From Desulfatiglandales bacterium (GTDB lineage: Bacteria; Desulfobacterota; DSM-4660; Desulfatiglandales; HGW-15): a DNA stretch of 64,000 bases. A model generated the notes under the pieces. That model did not search any database, had not been told where the DNA came from, and saw nothing but the letters and a program-made list of their open reading frames with translations. This document shows, piece by piece, positions 53,020 through 62,401 of the stretch; the stretch's first letter is position 1; each line of letters begins with the position of its first letter. The position numbers were made by a program, and so were the translations under genes. Where the stretch lies: contig CAXXJJ010000004.1 in assembly GCA_963667015.2 (NCBI GenBank), forward strand, positions 3,744,001-3,808,000. The letters are read 5' to 3'.

Positions 53020-55494
53020 ATGCTAAAAAACTACTTCACCACAGCAATAAACAATTTGCTCAAAAACAAACTCTACAGCGCAATCAACATCATCGGTTTA
53101 GCTATAGGTCTTGCTGCCTGTCTATTAAGTACGCTCTATGTTCAAAACGAACTATCCTATGACAGGCACTGGGAAAAGGCAGATCATATCTATCGGGTCA
53201 ATAAAAAATTTACCATTAAGGAGAAGCCATGGCCATTCACTTCTGTTCTGTTATTACCGGCCCTTAAAAAATATTTTCCTGAGGATATTGAATTAGGTAC
53301 CCGCATTATAAGCTATAATGTAGAAATACAAATCGGTGATGCGCGCTATCCGGCATTCAATACGATTGTTGATGAAGATTTTATCAAAATATTTCAGGCT
53401 GAAGGACTCAAAGGCAGTCTGAAAAACACTTTACAAAGCCCTCACAATATCGCCTTAAGTGAAGAGTCCGCCGTCCAATATTTTGGTGATAAAGATCCAA
53501 TTGGAGAAGTGATAACTTTCAGGGATAATAACGGCAATGAAGAACAGTATCAGGTAACCGCGGTTTATCGTTTTATCTGCCCACAAACCTTTTTACGTAT
53601 ACCCTGTTTTACATTACTGGATGAGTCCCGGCTCCCGGCAAGTACCCGCGTATGGCCTGGTAACTGGGACTCTTGCTATGTCCGCCTGAGTGACACAGCA
53701 GATATTGATAAGTTTCATTCCAGGATGCCGGATTTTATCGATAAGACAATTCCTAATAGTAACCCAGGTCAAAAATTAAGCGACGAACAGACCTTCCTGT
53801 TACAAAAAATGAGTGACTTACATTTTAACCCTCTCTCTTTGACGCTTGCCAACCAAGCCAGAACCGGAAATAGAACAATGGTAGCTGTATATGCAATTGT
53901 CTCAATATTAGTTCTTATTATAGGCTGCATTAATTTTGTTATTTTAACAACTGCTAAAGCAACCCAGCGTGCCCGTGAAGTAGCCATGAGAAAGGTAGTT
54001 GGCGCCCGTTTTAAACAACTGTTTATCCAGTTCCTTGGCGAATCCATGCTGATTACTTTTATGGCATTTCTCGTTGCAGTAGCGATTACAGAAGTGGCAT
54101 TGCCCTTTTTTGAAACATTAATGGGTTTGGAATTGACGATTCCCTATACATCACCGGAAAGTTATTTATTTGTATTACTTCTTATTTCATTGGTTGGAAT
54201 ATCAGGAGGGCTTTACCCGGCCTTTGTATTATCCAGGTTTTCACCGGCAAAAGTTTTGAAATCCAACCAGGCAACGGATGCAGTCGGTTTTTTTAAGCTG
54301 AGGAATGTCCTGGTTATTTTTCAATTTTCGGCATCTATCGCTTTAATTATTGCTACTGCAGTTGCCTATTTTCAGTTGCTGTACGTGAATAAACGTGATC
54401 CGGGATTCAATCCGGAGAATCTTTTTATTGTGTATATTCGGGATGTAAGAGGTCACAGAAATACATTTAAGGAGGAACTGCTGAAACTCCCTGAGATAAC
54501 CAATGCCGCGTTATCAAGTAAAACCCCGTCTGGAAATGGATGGGGGTGGGAATGGACATTACATTCAAAAATGTACGACTTTAATCAACAACATCAGGGA
54601 ATATTTGTACAAGAGACAGATGTAGATTACGATTTTTTTAATACCTACAAGATACCGCTTCTTTCGGGCAGATACTTTTCCAGGGAGATGGATCAGCCAT
54701 CGCCTGTACCTGGTCCCGTAGGAGATCCACGAAATAATAATTTTCCACGGACGGATGTAATAATCAATTCAGCCGCGGCCAGACAATTAGGATGCATCTC
54801 AGCCGATGAAGCAATTGGTGAAATAATTATACAGGGTGAGCAAGGGATTCCCGGATATTTTGAATTTTCAATCATAGGAGTTGTTGAGGAATCCCAATAC
54901 GGTAATTTACGTGTTGAGACTGAACTTGCAATGTATCGATTGGTTCCTGATCGTGCTCTTTGTCTCACTGTCAGATACAAGGGTGACTATCAAAAGGCTG
55001 TTAAAAAAGTTGAACGCGTCTGGCATGAAGTAGTCGGTGACATTCCCTTTATATATTCTACTGTAAGACAAGAAATGGCTACAGTCTATGAACGAGAGAA
55101 AACGGAGAATACGCTATTAATCTCTTTTGCCCTGCTGGCAGTTTTTATCGCCTGTATGGGCCTGTTTGGAATGGCTGCGTTTACTGTTGACAGGCGCGTG
55201 AAGGAAATAGGAGTGCGAAAGGTTATGGGGGCAAAAGTAAAGGACATAGTAAAACTCCTTGGTTGGAATTTTTTAAAACCTGTTCTTATTGCAAACATCA
55301 TTGCATGGCCTGTTGCCATATTTGCAATGCAAAACTGGCTGGAACGGTTTCCATACAGATTTCATCCTTTGTTCATGATTCCTATTTGTCTGGGTTCGGG
55401 ATTTATTGCACTGGTTATTGCATGGTTTACAGTAGCGGGAAATACAACACGGGTGGCAAAGAGTAAACCGATTAAGGCTTTGAGGTATGAGTGA
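53020..55494 (+). CDS. FtsX/MacB-type ABC permease, copy 3 (most divergent)
   Basis: Same architecture; periplasmic domains differ strongly from copies 1, 2 and 4. Confidence 0.93.
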   Translation: MLKNYFTTAINNLLKNKLYSAINIIGLAIGLAACLLSTLYVQNELSYDRHWEKADHIYRVNKKFTIKEKPWPFTSVLLLPALKKYFPEDIELGTRIISYNVEIQIGDARYPAFNTIVDEDFIKIFQAEGLKGSLKNTLQSPHNIALSEESAVQYFGDKDPIGEVITFRDNNGNEEQYQVTAVYRFICPQTFLRIPCFTLLDESRLPASTRVWPGNWDSCYVRLSDTADIDKFHSRMPDFIDKTIPNSNPGQKLSDEQTFLLQKMSDLHFNPLSLTLANQARTGNRTMVAVYAIVSILVLIIGCINFVILTTAKATQRAREVAMRKVVGARFKQLFIQFLGESMLITFMAFLVAVAITEVALPFFETLMGLELTIPYTSPESYLFVLLLISLVGISGGLYPAFVLSRFSPAKVLKSNQATDAVGFFKLRNVLVIFQFSASIALIIATAVAYFQLLYVNKRDPGFNPENLFIVYIRDVRGHRNTFKEELLKLPEITNAALSSKTPSGNGWGWEWTLHSKMYDFNQQHQGIFVQETDVDYDFFNTYKIPLLSGRYFSREMDQPSPVPGPVGDPRNNNFPRTDVIINSAAARQLGCISADEAIGEIIIQGEQGIPGYFEFSIIGVVEESQYGNLRVETELAMYRLVPDRALCLTVRYKGDYQKAVKKVERVWHEVVGDIPFIYSTVRQEMATVYEREKTENTLLISFALLAVFIACMGLFGMAAFTVDRRVKEIGVRKVMGAKVKDIVKLLGWNFLKPVLIANIIAWPVAIFAMQNWLERFPYRFHPLFMIPICLGSGFIALVIAWFTVAGNTTRVAKSKPIKALRYE

Positions 55495-55495
55495 T

Positions 55496-55588
55496 TCATC
55501 CGGAAATATTTTCCGAATGAAGCCTTAAGCTGTCAGCTAAGTCTTATTAATGCTTTTTGCTGAACGCTGAATGCTGACAGCTGATAGC
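55496..55588. repeat. Palindrome plus inverted 7-bp periodic repeats
   Basis: TTCATCCGGAAATATTTTCCGAATGAA; AGCTGTCAGC ... GCTGAAC GCTGAAT GCTGACA GCTGATA GC. Confidence 0.65.
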
Positions 55589-55627
55589 GTTCATTATTTT
55601 TTATATATAAAAATAAGGAACAATAAA

Positions 55628-58108
55628 ATGCTAAAAAACTACATCACAATTGCAATAAACAATTTATTAAAAAACAAACTCTACAGCGCGATCAATATCG
55701 CAGGCTTGGCAATCGGCCTGGCGGCTTGCATTGTCATCGGTCTTTATGTCAGGGATCAATACTCCTATGACAAACAATGGAAAGATTCTGACAGGATATA
55801 TCGGGTAAATTATTCGACGCAATTTCCGGGACAGGAGCGCGTCAGGTCTTCTACAACTCCTTTACCTGTGATGCAGGCGCTGAAAGAATACTTTAAAGAC
55901 AATTTTGAACAGACCGCCCGGGCCTTTGCCAGCGATTTGATCATTGAGATAGGTAGTGACAGTTTTCAAAGCAGTATTACAATTGTAGATCCTTCCTTTA
56001 TTGACATATTCCAATTGAAGGTCATCGCTGGGAATTTGAAAGATACCCTCGCAGGCCAGGCCAATATCGCGTTAAGCGAGGAAACAGCCAGACGCCATTT
56101 CGGGAGTCAAGATCCTATCGGAAAGATGATAACCATAAACCTCGGGAATAATACCAAAATCCCTCACAAGGTAACCGCTGTTTATCGTATTCCGGGAAAT
56201 ACAGTTCTTGACGATATACCAATGATATCTCTTCTTAATGAGACACGTCTCCCTCCATCAATAACACACTGGCGTTATCCGTTTTACCAGGCTTATATTA
56301 AGCTGAAAGCAGGCGTAGATATTGAAACCCTGAGGCCTCTCCTCCCCGCAGTAATCGACCGGAATCTTCCCAGCAACGATCCCGACAGTAAAGCCAGTGA
56401 TTTTTTATCATGGGAATTTCAGAGGCTGGATACCGCACATCTTGATTCCACCTGGGACGACTCCAGGGCAAGCGGGAACAGGAAAGTGGTAATGTCTTTC
56501 GCCGCTATATCCCTGCTTGTTCTTTTAATCGGCTGTATCAATTTTACTATTCTTACCACCGCAAAGGCCACACAACGGGCAAGAGAGGTTGCCATGAGAA
56601 AGGTTGTGGGCGCAAAGAGAAAACAGTTGATTGTGCAGTTCCTCGGTGAATCCACCTTTATTGTGTTACTTGCAATGATATTTGCCATGGGGCTGGTTGA
56701 GTTAATGCTGCCGATATTTGAATCAATAATGGGTAAAACCCTTTCCTTTAACTACTTTTCTCTCAATACAATTCTGCCTCTATTGGTAATGCTGATCATT
56801 GTAGGTATAAGCGGAGGTTTATACCCGGCTTTTATTCTTTCCGGTTACAGGCCCGGTGATACCCTTAAGGCTAATAAATCCAAAGAAACCAGCGGATCAA
56901 TGTCATTGAAATATGTGCTGGTTATTTTCCAGTTTTGTATTTCAATTTCTCTTATTATCGTAACAGGAGTTATCTTTATACAAATGCAGTACAGTTTGAA
57001 CCGGGACCCCGGGTATAACAAAGATAATTTATTAATAATTAACCAAATGGGTTTTGGTTCTAGAGAAGATTTTAAAGGAAAAATTGAGCCATTAAAAAAT
57101 GAATTGTTAAACCTTGCAAATGTGTCGGATGTATGTTTGTCAGCAATACAGCCTAGTCAGGGAAATCCGAATGTCATTAATTTTAAACATCTCGGTCGCC
57201 CGGAAGCCATTTACTCAATGAACTTAAGTGACGTCGGTTATGACTATTTTACTACATATCAAATCCCTGTTGTTTCAGGTAGAAAATATTCTGTTGAGCG
57301 GGATCTCCCGGATCTGGGATTTGATATAATGACTGGCACTATTGGTAATAATGAAGACAAAGAGCTTGTTGAAAGGAATATCATTCTTAATGAAAGTGCG
57401 GTAAGACAACTGGGTTTTAACAATACAGAAGATGCTATAGGTAAAATTATAAACTCAACGACTTACAACAATACCAATTATACTATTATCGGTGTTGTTG
57501 CGGATAACCATATATTCAGCATAAATGCACCGCCAAGAGCGGAAGCATACTTACTTCAAATAAACGAAATTTCTGCTGTAACTTTACGTTTCAAAGGTTC
57601 TCCCCACAAGATATTAGAGCAGGTCAAATCAGTATGGAACAAAGTTATGGGTGATGCAGAAATATCCACTGTTTTTGTTGACCAGCTGCTCGCCGGGGAA
57701 TTTCAACAGGAACAGACAGAAATGAAAGTATTCATCAGCTTTTCTCTGCTGGCCATTGTTATTGCCTGCATGGGATTGTTCGGCTCAGCTTCATTCACAG
57801 TAGAATGTCGTACCAAAGAAATAGGCCTGCGTAAGGTTATGGGGGCTAAAGTTAAAAACATTGTCAGACTGCTTCTCTGGCAATTTTCTAAGCCAGTATT
57901 GATTGCAAACATTATCGCATGGCCTGTTGCTATATTCGCCATGCAAAGCTGGCTTGAACGATTCACCTATCGGTTTAATTCATTGTTAATAATTCCCATT
58001 TGTCTGGCTTCCGGATTGATTGCGCTGGCGATCGCATGGTTTACAGTAGCTGGGAATACAAAGCGTGTTGCTAAGAGTAGGCCTGTTAAGGCATTACGAT
58101 ATGAGTAA
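55628..58108 (+). CDS. FtsX/MacB-type ABC permease, copy 4
   Basis: AAGGA SD; MLKNYI start; same architecture. Confidence 0.93.
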   Translation: MLKNYITIAINNLLKNKLYSAINIAGLAIGLAACIVIGLYVRDQYSYDKQWKDSDRIYRVNYSTQFPGQERVRSSTTPLPVMQALKEYFKDNFEQTARAFASDLIIEIGSDSFQSSITIVDPSFIDIFQLKVIAGNLKDTLAGQANIALSEETARRHFGSQDPIGKMITINLGNNTKIPHKVTAVYRIPGNTVLDDIPMISLLNETRLPPSITHWRYPFYQAYIKLKAGVDIETLRPLLPAVIDRNLPSNDPDSKASDFLSWEFQRLDTAHLDSTWDDSRASGNRKVVMSFAAISLLVLLIGCINFTILTTAKATQRAREVAMRKVVGAKRKQLIVQFLGESTFIVLLAMIFAMGLVELMLPIFESIMGKTLSFNYFSLNTILPLLVMLIIVGISGGLYPAFILSGYRPGDTLKANKSKETSGSMSLKYVLVIFQFCISISLIIVTGVIFIQMQYSLNRDPGYNKDNLLIINQMGFGSREDFKGKIEPLKNELLNLANVSDVCLSAIQPSQGNPNVINFKHLGRPEAIYSMNLSDVGYDYFTTYQIPVVSGRKYSVERDLPDLGFDIMTGTIGNNEDKELVERNIILNESAVRQLGFNNTEDAIGKIINSTTYNNTNYTIIGVVADNHIFSINAPPRAEAYLLQINEISAVTLRFKGSPHKILEQVKSVWNKVMGDAEISTVFVDQLLAGEFQQEQTEMKVFISFSLLAIVIACMGLFGSASFTVECRTKEIGLRKVMGAKVKNIVRLLLWQFSKPVLIANIIAWPVAIFAMQSWLERFTYRFNSLLIIPICLASGLIALAIAWFTVAGNTKRVAKSRPVKALRYE

Positions 58109-58460
58109 AAGAAAGTTTCATCCGCCTCCGCTTAAAGCTACGGCGCGACAAGAGGCGCAGGGCACAAGGTGCAAGGGAAAGGCTAAAAAAACAATGTACG
58201 CGGGACTATCCTTTAATAATTCAATAAATCTATTCTCAATTAATTTATTAAGCAGCGTTCCGGTCACATGGTGACAATATCTGAATGGTACTTCCCTCGT
58301 TTTATTGTTTAAGTCTAATATATTAAAAACCAATTCGCAGAAACAAAAGATGTCGAACATATATGTATTTGTTTTTATTAAATAGTTAAACCAAACAGTC
58401 GCGTTTTCTGGTCATAACTATTATTTGATAAAGCTATTTTTTGATAGGAGGATTTTCTAT

Positions 58461-59357
58461 ATGAAAAGTATATTATTATCAGGATTTTTGATTTTTATTT
58501 CTATGTGCTCCATGACTACTTTTGCTGAAGAAAAAGAATATTCCTTTGAGGATTTTTCAAAAATTCACTATTCTATTCCCGGAAATCTTTATTTAACTCA
58601 GTCCGATCAATACCATATTGTCCTGAAAGCAACAAAAGAACAGATTAAAGAGATTGTGATTCAAAAAAAAGGTAATAGTCTGATAATCAAACCAAAACAA
58701 TCACCGATTTATTCTGCATCATACTTTAATTTATTCAAAGGGGTTGAGATCCGTATTGATGTTCCAGTATTAGATGCAGTTACCTCCTCCAGTTCTGGTT
58801 CTATTCATGGACAATCCAGTTTTCCAAGCGTAAAAAATATGATAATTAAAGCAAGCAGTTCAGGCAATATTATTTTATCTGCACAGGCTAACAAGATCGA
58901 AGCGATTTGTTCTTCGTCTGGCTCTATCCAGCTAAGCGGAAAAACCGCTTCACTGATATTAAAAACCAGTTCGAGTGGGAATATTGAATTTTCAGGAAAA
59001 ATTACTGAAGATCTGCAAGCTGAAACTTCTTCGTCTGGGAATATTAGATGTAAGTTACCCTTAAATATTATAATTCCAGAAAGTCAACTTAAAATAAGGT
59101 CCTCGGGTGATATATCTATAATTGGCAAAGGAAACCGTGTTGAAGCCACCACCTCTTCTTCCGGAAAATTATTGTTAAATGATTTTCAATGCAAGGTTAT
59201 GAAAATTGATCAGAGAAGCTCTGTAACCGGATATATTAATGTAACAGAAAAATTAGACATTGAAATTACTAGCTCTGGTGGGATTGTATACCAGGGCTCA
59301 CCACGGATAAATATTTCGGGTAAGGGCAGTGGTCGAGTGATTAAGTTAGAGAAATAG
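58461..59357 (+). CDS. Secreted beta-helix protein (DUF2807/GIN-like)
   Basis: GGAGG SD; signal peptide; repeated SSSGxI motifs; IVYQGSP. Confidence 0.75.
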   Translation: MKSILLSGFLIFISMCSMTTFAEEKEYSFEDFSKIHYSIPGNLYLTQSDQYHIVLKATKEQIKEIVIQKKGNSLIIKPKQSPIYSASYFNLFKGVEIRIDVPVLDAVTSSSSGSIHGQSSFPSVKNMIIKASSSGNIILSAQANKIEAICSSSGSIQLSGKTASLILKTSSSGNIEFSGKITEDLQAETSSSGNIRCKLPLNIIIPESQLKIRSSGDISIIGKGNRVEATTSSSGKLLLNDFQCKVMKIDQRSSVTGYINVTEKLDIEITSSGGIVYQGSPRINISGKGSGRVIKLEK

Positions 59358-59510
59358 ACTTACATAATGTCAGTTTAGAATAGTTGATTTTCAATAATGA
59401 CTTCGCTTCATTCTTGTCCAAAAACTGTATTTGACTGAATAGGTTAAAAATGTTCTCCTCATGGGAGATGGGTTTTTTAGCATATGCTTTGGGTAGAAGG
59501 TCGCTGTTTA

Positions 59511-59720
59511 ATAATTGCAATCCTGATCGCATAACCCGTTGCCGTATCTGCAATGCAATACTGGCTTGAAAAATTCTACTATCGACTCAATCCACTGTTT
59601 TTAATACCGATCTGTTTAGTTTCAGGATTGCTGGCGCTGGTTATTGCATGGTTTACTGTGGCAGGAAATCCGACCAGGGTGGCAAAGAGTAAACCGATTA
59701 AGGCGTTGAGGTATGAATGA
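59511..59720 (+). pseudogene. 3' remnant of a fifth ABC permease copy
   Basis: IIAILIA*PVAVSAMQYWLEKFYYR...AWFTVAGNPTRVAKSKPIKALRYE*. Confidence 0.85.
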
Positions 59721-59966
59721 TGAAAGCGCGGTGCATGGCGCTTGGCGCAGGGCGTAATCAGTCTCCGCTAGGGCTTCCGTCTTCGCTAAAGCTACGCAGG
59801 GAATAGAAGTCAGGACAGGCAACGTTCCGGGTTTTAAAAACCCCAGAAAAGGGGGCAATGGGATTTGCCTTCATCGTAATTATATTCTGAGTGAAAGGCC
59901 GATTCATCTGGGAGGCTCTCTAGTTTTTAATTTCTTTCTTCGTCCAATTTTTAGTGCATGATTATA

Positions 59967-60018
59967 TTGACTTCCCCAGCATGCAGTATTACAATAATTG
60001 CCATTTGGTATTACCAAA
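59967..60018 (+). promoter_or_regulatory. vapBC promoter and palindromic operator
   Basis: TTGACT-17 nt-TACAAT; TTTGGTA-T-TACCAAA inverted repeat just before the SD. Confidence 0.65.
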
Positions 60019-60027
60019 GGAGGCAGT

Positions 60028-60267
60028 ATGAAAACTTTATCAATAAAATTACCCGAGTCTTTAATGGAACGACTTGACTCAAAAGCTGCAAAAAGAGGCG
60101 AAAACAGATCCGCTTTAATAAGAGAGGCTATAGAGATGATTATCAATGAAGAGAATATGTCTCAAACAGAATCCTGTATGGAACTTGCCAGAGATCTTGC
60201 AGGATCAGTAAGCGGACCGGAAGATCTTTCTTTCAACAAGGACCGAATGAAAGGCTACGGCAAATGA
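60028..60267 (+). CDS. vapB: CopG/ribbon-helix-helix antitoxin
   Basis: GGAGG SD; MKTLSIKLPE...RSALIREAI; ATGA overlap with the PIN gene. Confidence 0.8.
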   Translation: MKTLSIKLPESLMERLDSKAAKRGENRSALIREAIEMIINEENMSQTESCMELARDLAGSVSGPEDLSFNKDRMKGYGK

Positions 60268-60698
60268 AATGCAATATCATCATTGACACCGGCCCTCTCG
60301 TAGCATTCATAAACTATCGTGATAAATATCATGGATGGACAAAAGAACAATGGTCACGTATTGCTCCCCCTTTGTTAACTTGTGAAGCAGTGCTTTCCGA
60401 AGCATGTTTCTTACTCGGGAAAACGCATGGCGGACCAGATATCGTGCTGGAGCTACTGAAAAGAAAGGTATTAAGCCTGCCCTTTAAAATGGAGGATTCT
60501 TTAACGCAGATAAAATGGCTTTTAAGAAAATACTCTGATGTTCCCATGTCGTTGGCGGACGCCTGCCTTGTCAGGATGTCCGAGATATATTCGGACAGCA
60601 GCATCTTTACACTTGATAGCGATTTCAGTATTTACCGAAAAAATAAAAGGAATGTTATACCGGTAATATCCTTGGAAGTTTTTCTCTCAAAAAACTGA
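60264..60698 (+). CDS. vapC: PIN-domain toxin
   Basis: IDTGPLVA, EAVLSE, SLADACLV, FTLDSDF. Confidence 0.88.
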   Translation: MKCNIIIDTGPLVAFINYRDKYHGWTKEQWSRIAPPLLTCEAVLSEACFLLGKTHGGPDIVLELLKRKVLSLPFKMEDSLTQIKWLLRKYSDVPMSLADACLVRMSEIYSDSSIFTLDSDFSIYRKNKRNVIPVISLEVFLSKN

Positions 60699-60924
60699 AG
60701 GATCTTAAATATAGAATCCCTGATAGTACTATTCAATATCGATCCCAGTATTTTAACCGCCTGGTGTTGCCCACGAGCAGATCCCTGAATTAACCAGCCC
60801 AACACCTGGAAGCGCAGCTTAAATTATTAATAATGCAAATTTTGGCAAAATTAATAATTCACGCTCAACAGGACAAAAAATAGAGGAATAGGTGTAAAGT
60901 AGATTATTCCTTTTTCAATCCAGA

Positions 60925-62064
60925 TCAAATATATGCATCCTGCCAGAGTTCTTCAAGAAACTCTTTCCAGTGCTTAATATGGATGCCGCAGTCAGTGGTT
61001 CTAGGAATTTCCTCAAGGGATACTATAATATAGTTTTTAAACATCCCTTCTTCTTTCAGGGCGCGTAATCCCTTTTGATCATGAGAGGTAACATTCTTCT
61101 TAGCCTTAACCTCTATAGCTGTTGTGCTGTTTAAAATAAAGTCTACCTCAAAACCGGATTTTGTTCTCCAGTAATGGAGATCCATACCACCATTATAATC
61201 GCAGTAGGTTTTTAACTCATGGTAAATATAGGCTTCAAAGGCCTCTCCGAATTCCGGAGCTCCTTCTTTCAATCCCTGCCGGTTTTGCAGAAAGCGGACA
61301 ACCCCAATATCGAAAAAATAAAATTTTGATGTGGAAACTGTTTTTCGCTTTGTGAATTCATTCCAGGCAGGCAGATCATCTCCTATCAATGTATCTCTCA
61401 ATATCTGAAAATATTCCTGAACAGTTGATTTGGGAACTTCGGCATCACGGCTTATATTTGCATAGTTGATCATTTGCCCGTTGCAAAGTCCCGCTATAGT
61501 TAAAAACCTGCTGAATGCCGGGACATTGCGTACAATTGCCTCAGCCGCAATCTCTTCCTTTAGATAGTTACCGGTATAGGCTTCAAGATCCTCATAGGGT
61601 GCATCTGAGAAATAGATAGAGGGGATAAGACCGATATCAAGTGCTTTAAGTAAATCAAAATCATTTTTCAACTCCTGATATATAAATGGATGCATTCTCC
61701 TGGTTCTGGCCCTTCCGCCCAGCAGATTTACACCACCTCTTCTTAATTTTCTGGCGCTTGACCCTGTAAGAAGAAAATGAATGTTCTTTTCTTCGATCAA
61801 ATTATGAATTTCATCGAGTAATTGTGGAAGTTTCTGAACCTCATCAATGATGACAATTTTATCTTTATCTGTTATCTCCTCCCTCAGCCGTTGCGGAGAT
61901 CGGTTGAGTTTGAGATAAACATCTGTCTTTAGTAAATTATAGTATCTATATTGCGACAGGATGTTTGAAATCATTGCCGTCTTACCGGTCTGCCTTGGTC
62001 CTAAAAGGAAACAGGATTTCTTTTTGAGAATTGATAAAAGGTCCAGTTTTCTATTAATATACAT
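60925..62064 (-). CDS. AAA+ ATPase with DUF4143 domain
   Basis: GPRQTGKT, IDEVQK, LTGSSAR, KFYFFDIG, YWRT, EVDF, IEVK. Confidence 0.9.
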   Translation of the reverse strand: MYINRKLDLLSILKKKSCFLLGPRQTGKTAMISNILSQYRYYNLLKTDVYLKLNRSPQRLREEITDKDKIVIIDEVQKLPQLLDEIHNLIEEKNIHFLLTGSSARKLRRGGVNLLGGRARTRRMHPFIYQELKNDFDLLKALDIGLIPSIYFSDAPYEDLEAYTGNYLKEEIAAEAIVRNVPAFSRFLTIAGLCNGQMINYANISRDAEVPKSTVQEYFQILRDTLIGDDLPAWNEFTKRKTVSTSKFYFFDIGVVRFLQNRQGLKEGAPEFGEAFEAYIYHELKTYCDYNGGMDLHYWRTKSGFEVDFILNSTTAIEVKAKKNVTSHDQKGLRALKEEGMFKNYIIVSLEEIPRTTDCGIHIKHWKEFLEELWQDAYI

Positions 62065-62401
62065 AATCTGCCCCGGTGAAATCTATATTGTCTCATGTCA
62101 TGACAAATCGATATCATGATACTGCTTCAATGATTCGATTAAGATAATTATAATATAATCGACATGTATTCCGGTGATTATCATGATATTCGGCAATATA
62201 TATGTCGATGAGTTTAAAGTCAAGTTTTCTATTTTCAACAAATTTCATTTTCTCCTTTTTATTTTAAAATACCAATATATCTTAAAGAATGGTCTCCATA
62301 TACCTGGTATCAGGTTAAGATGATCCTTCCCAAAAATACTTTGAATTCATTACAAATATTATGCTAAGTATATGAAATTCAATATTATTAATCCGGGAGG
62401 T

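Noticed and set aside
46750..53162. Twin short ORFs starting MRERSERAV (46750, 52962)
   Set aside because: They start inside the repeat elements and overlap permease starts out of frame
46808..59720. Permease 3' repeats as a diversity-generating retroelement TR/VR pair
   Set aside because: No reverse transcriptase in the window; differences are not adenine-specific and lie in a conserved TM/C-terminal segment
8846..59800. Intergenic repeats as a CRISPR array or integron attC cassettes
   Set aside because: No regular repeat-spacer periodicity, no cas or integrase gene, and no consistent attC core sites
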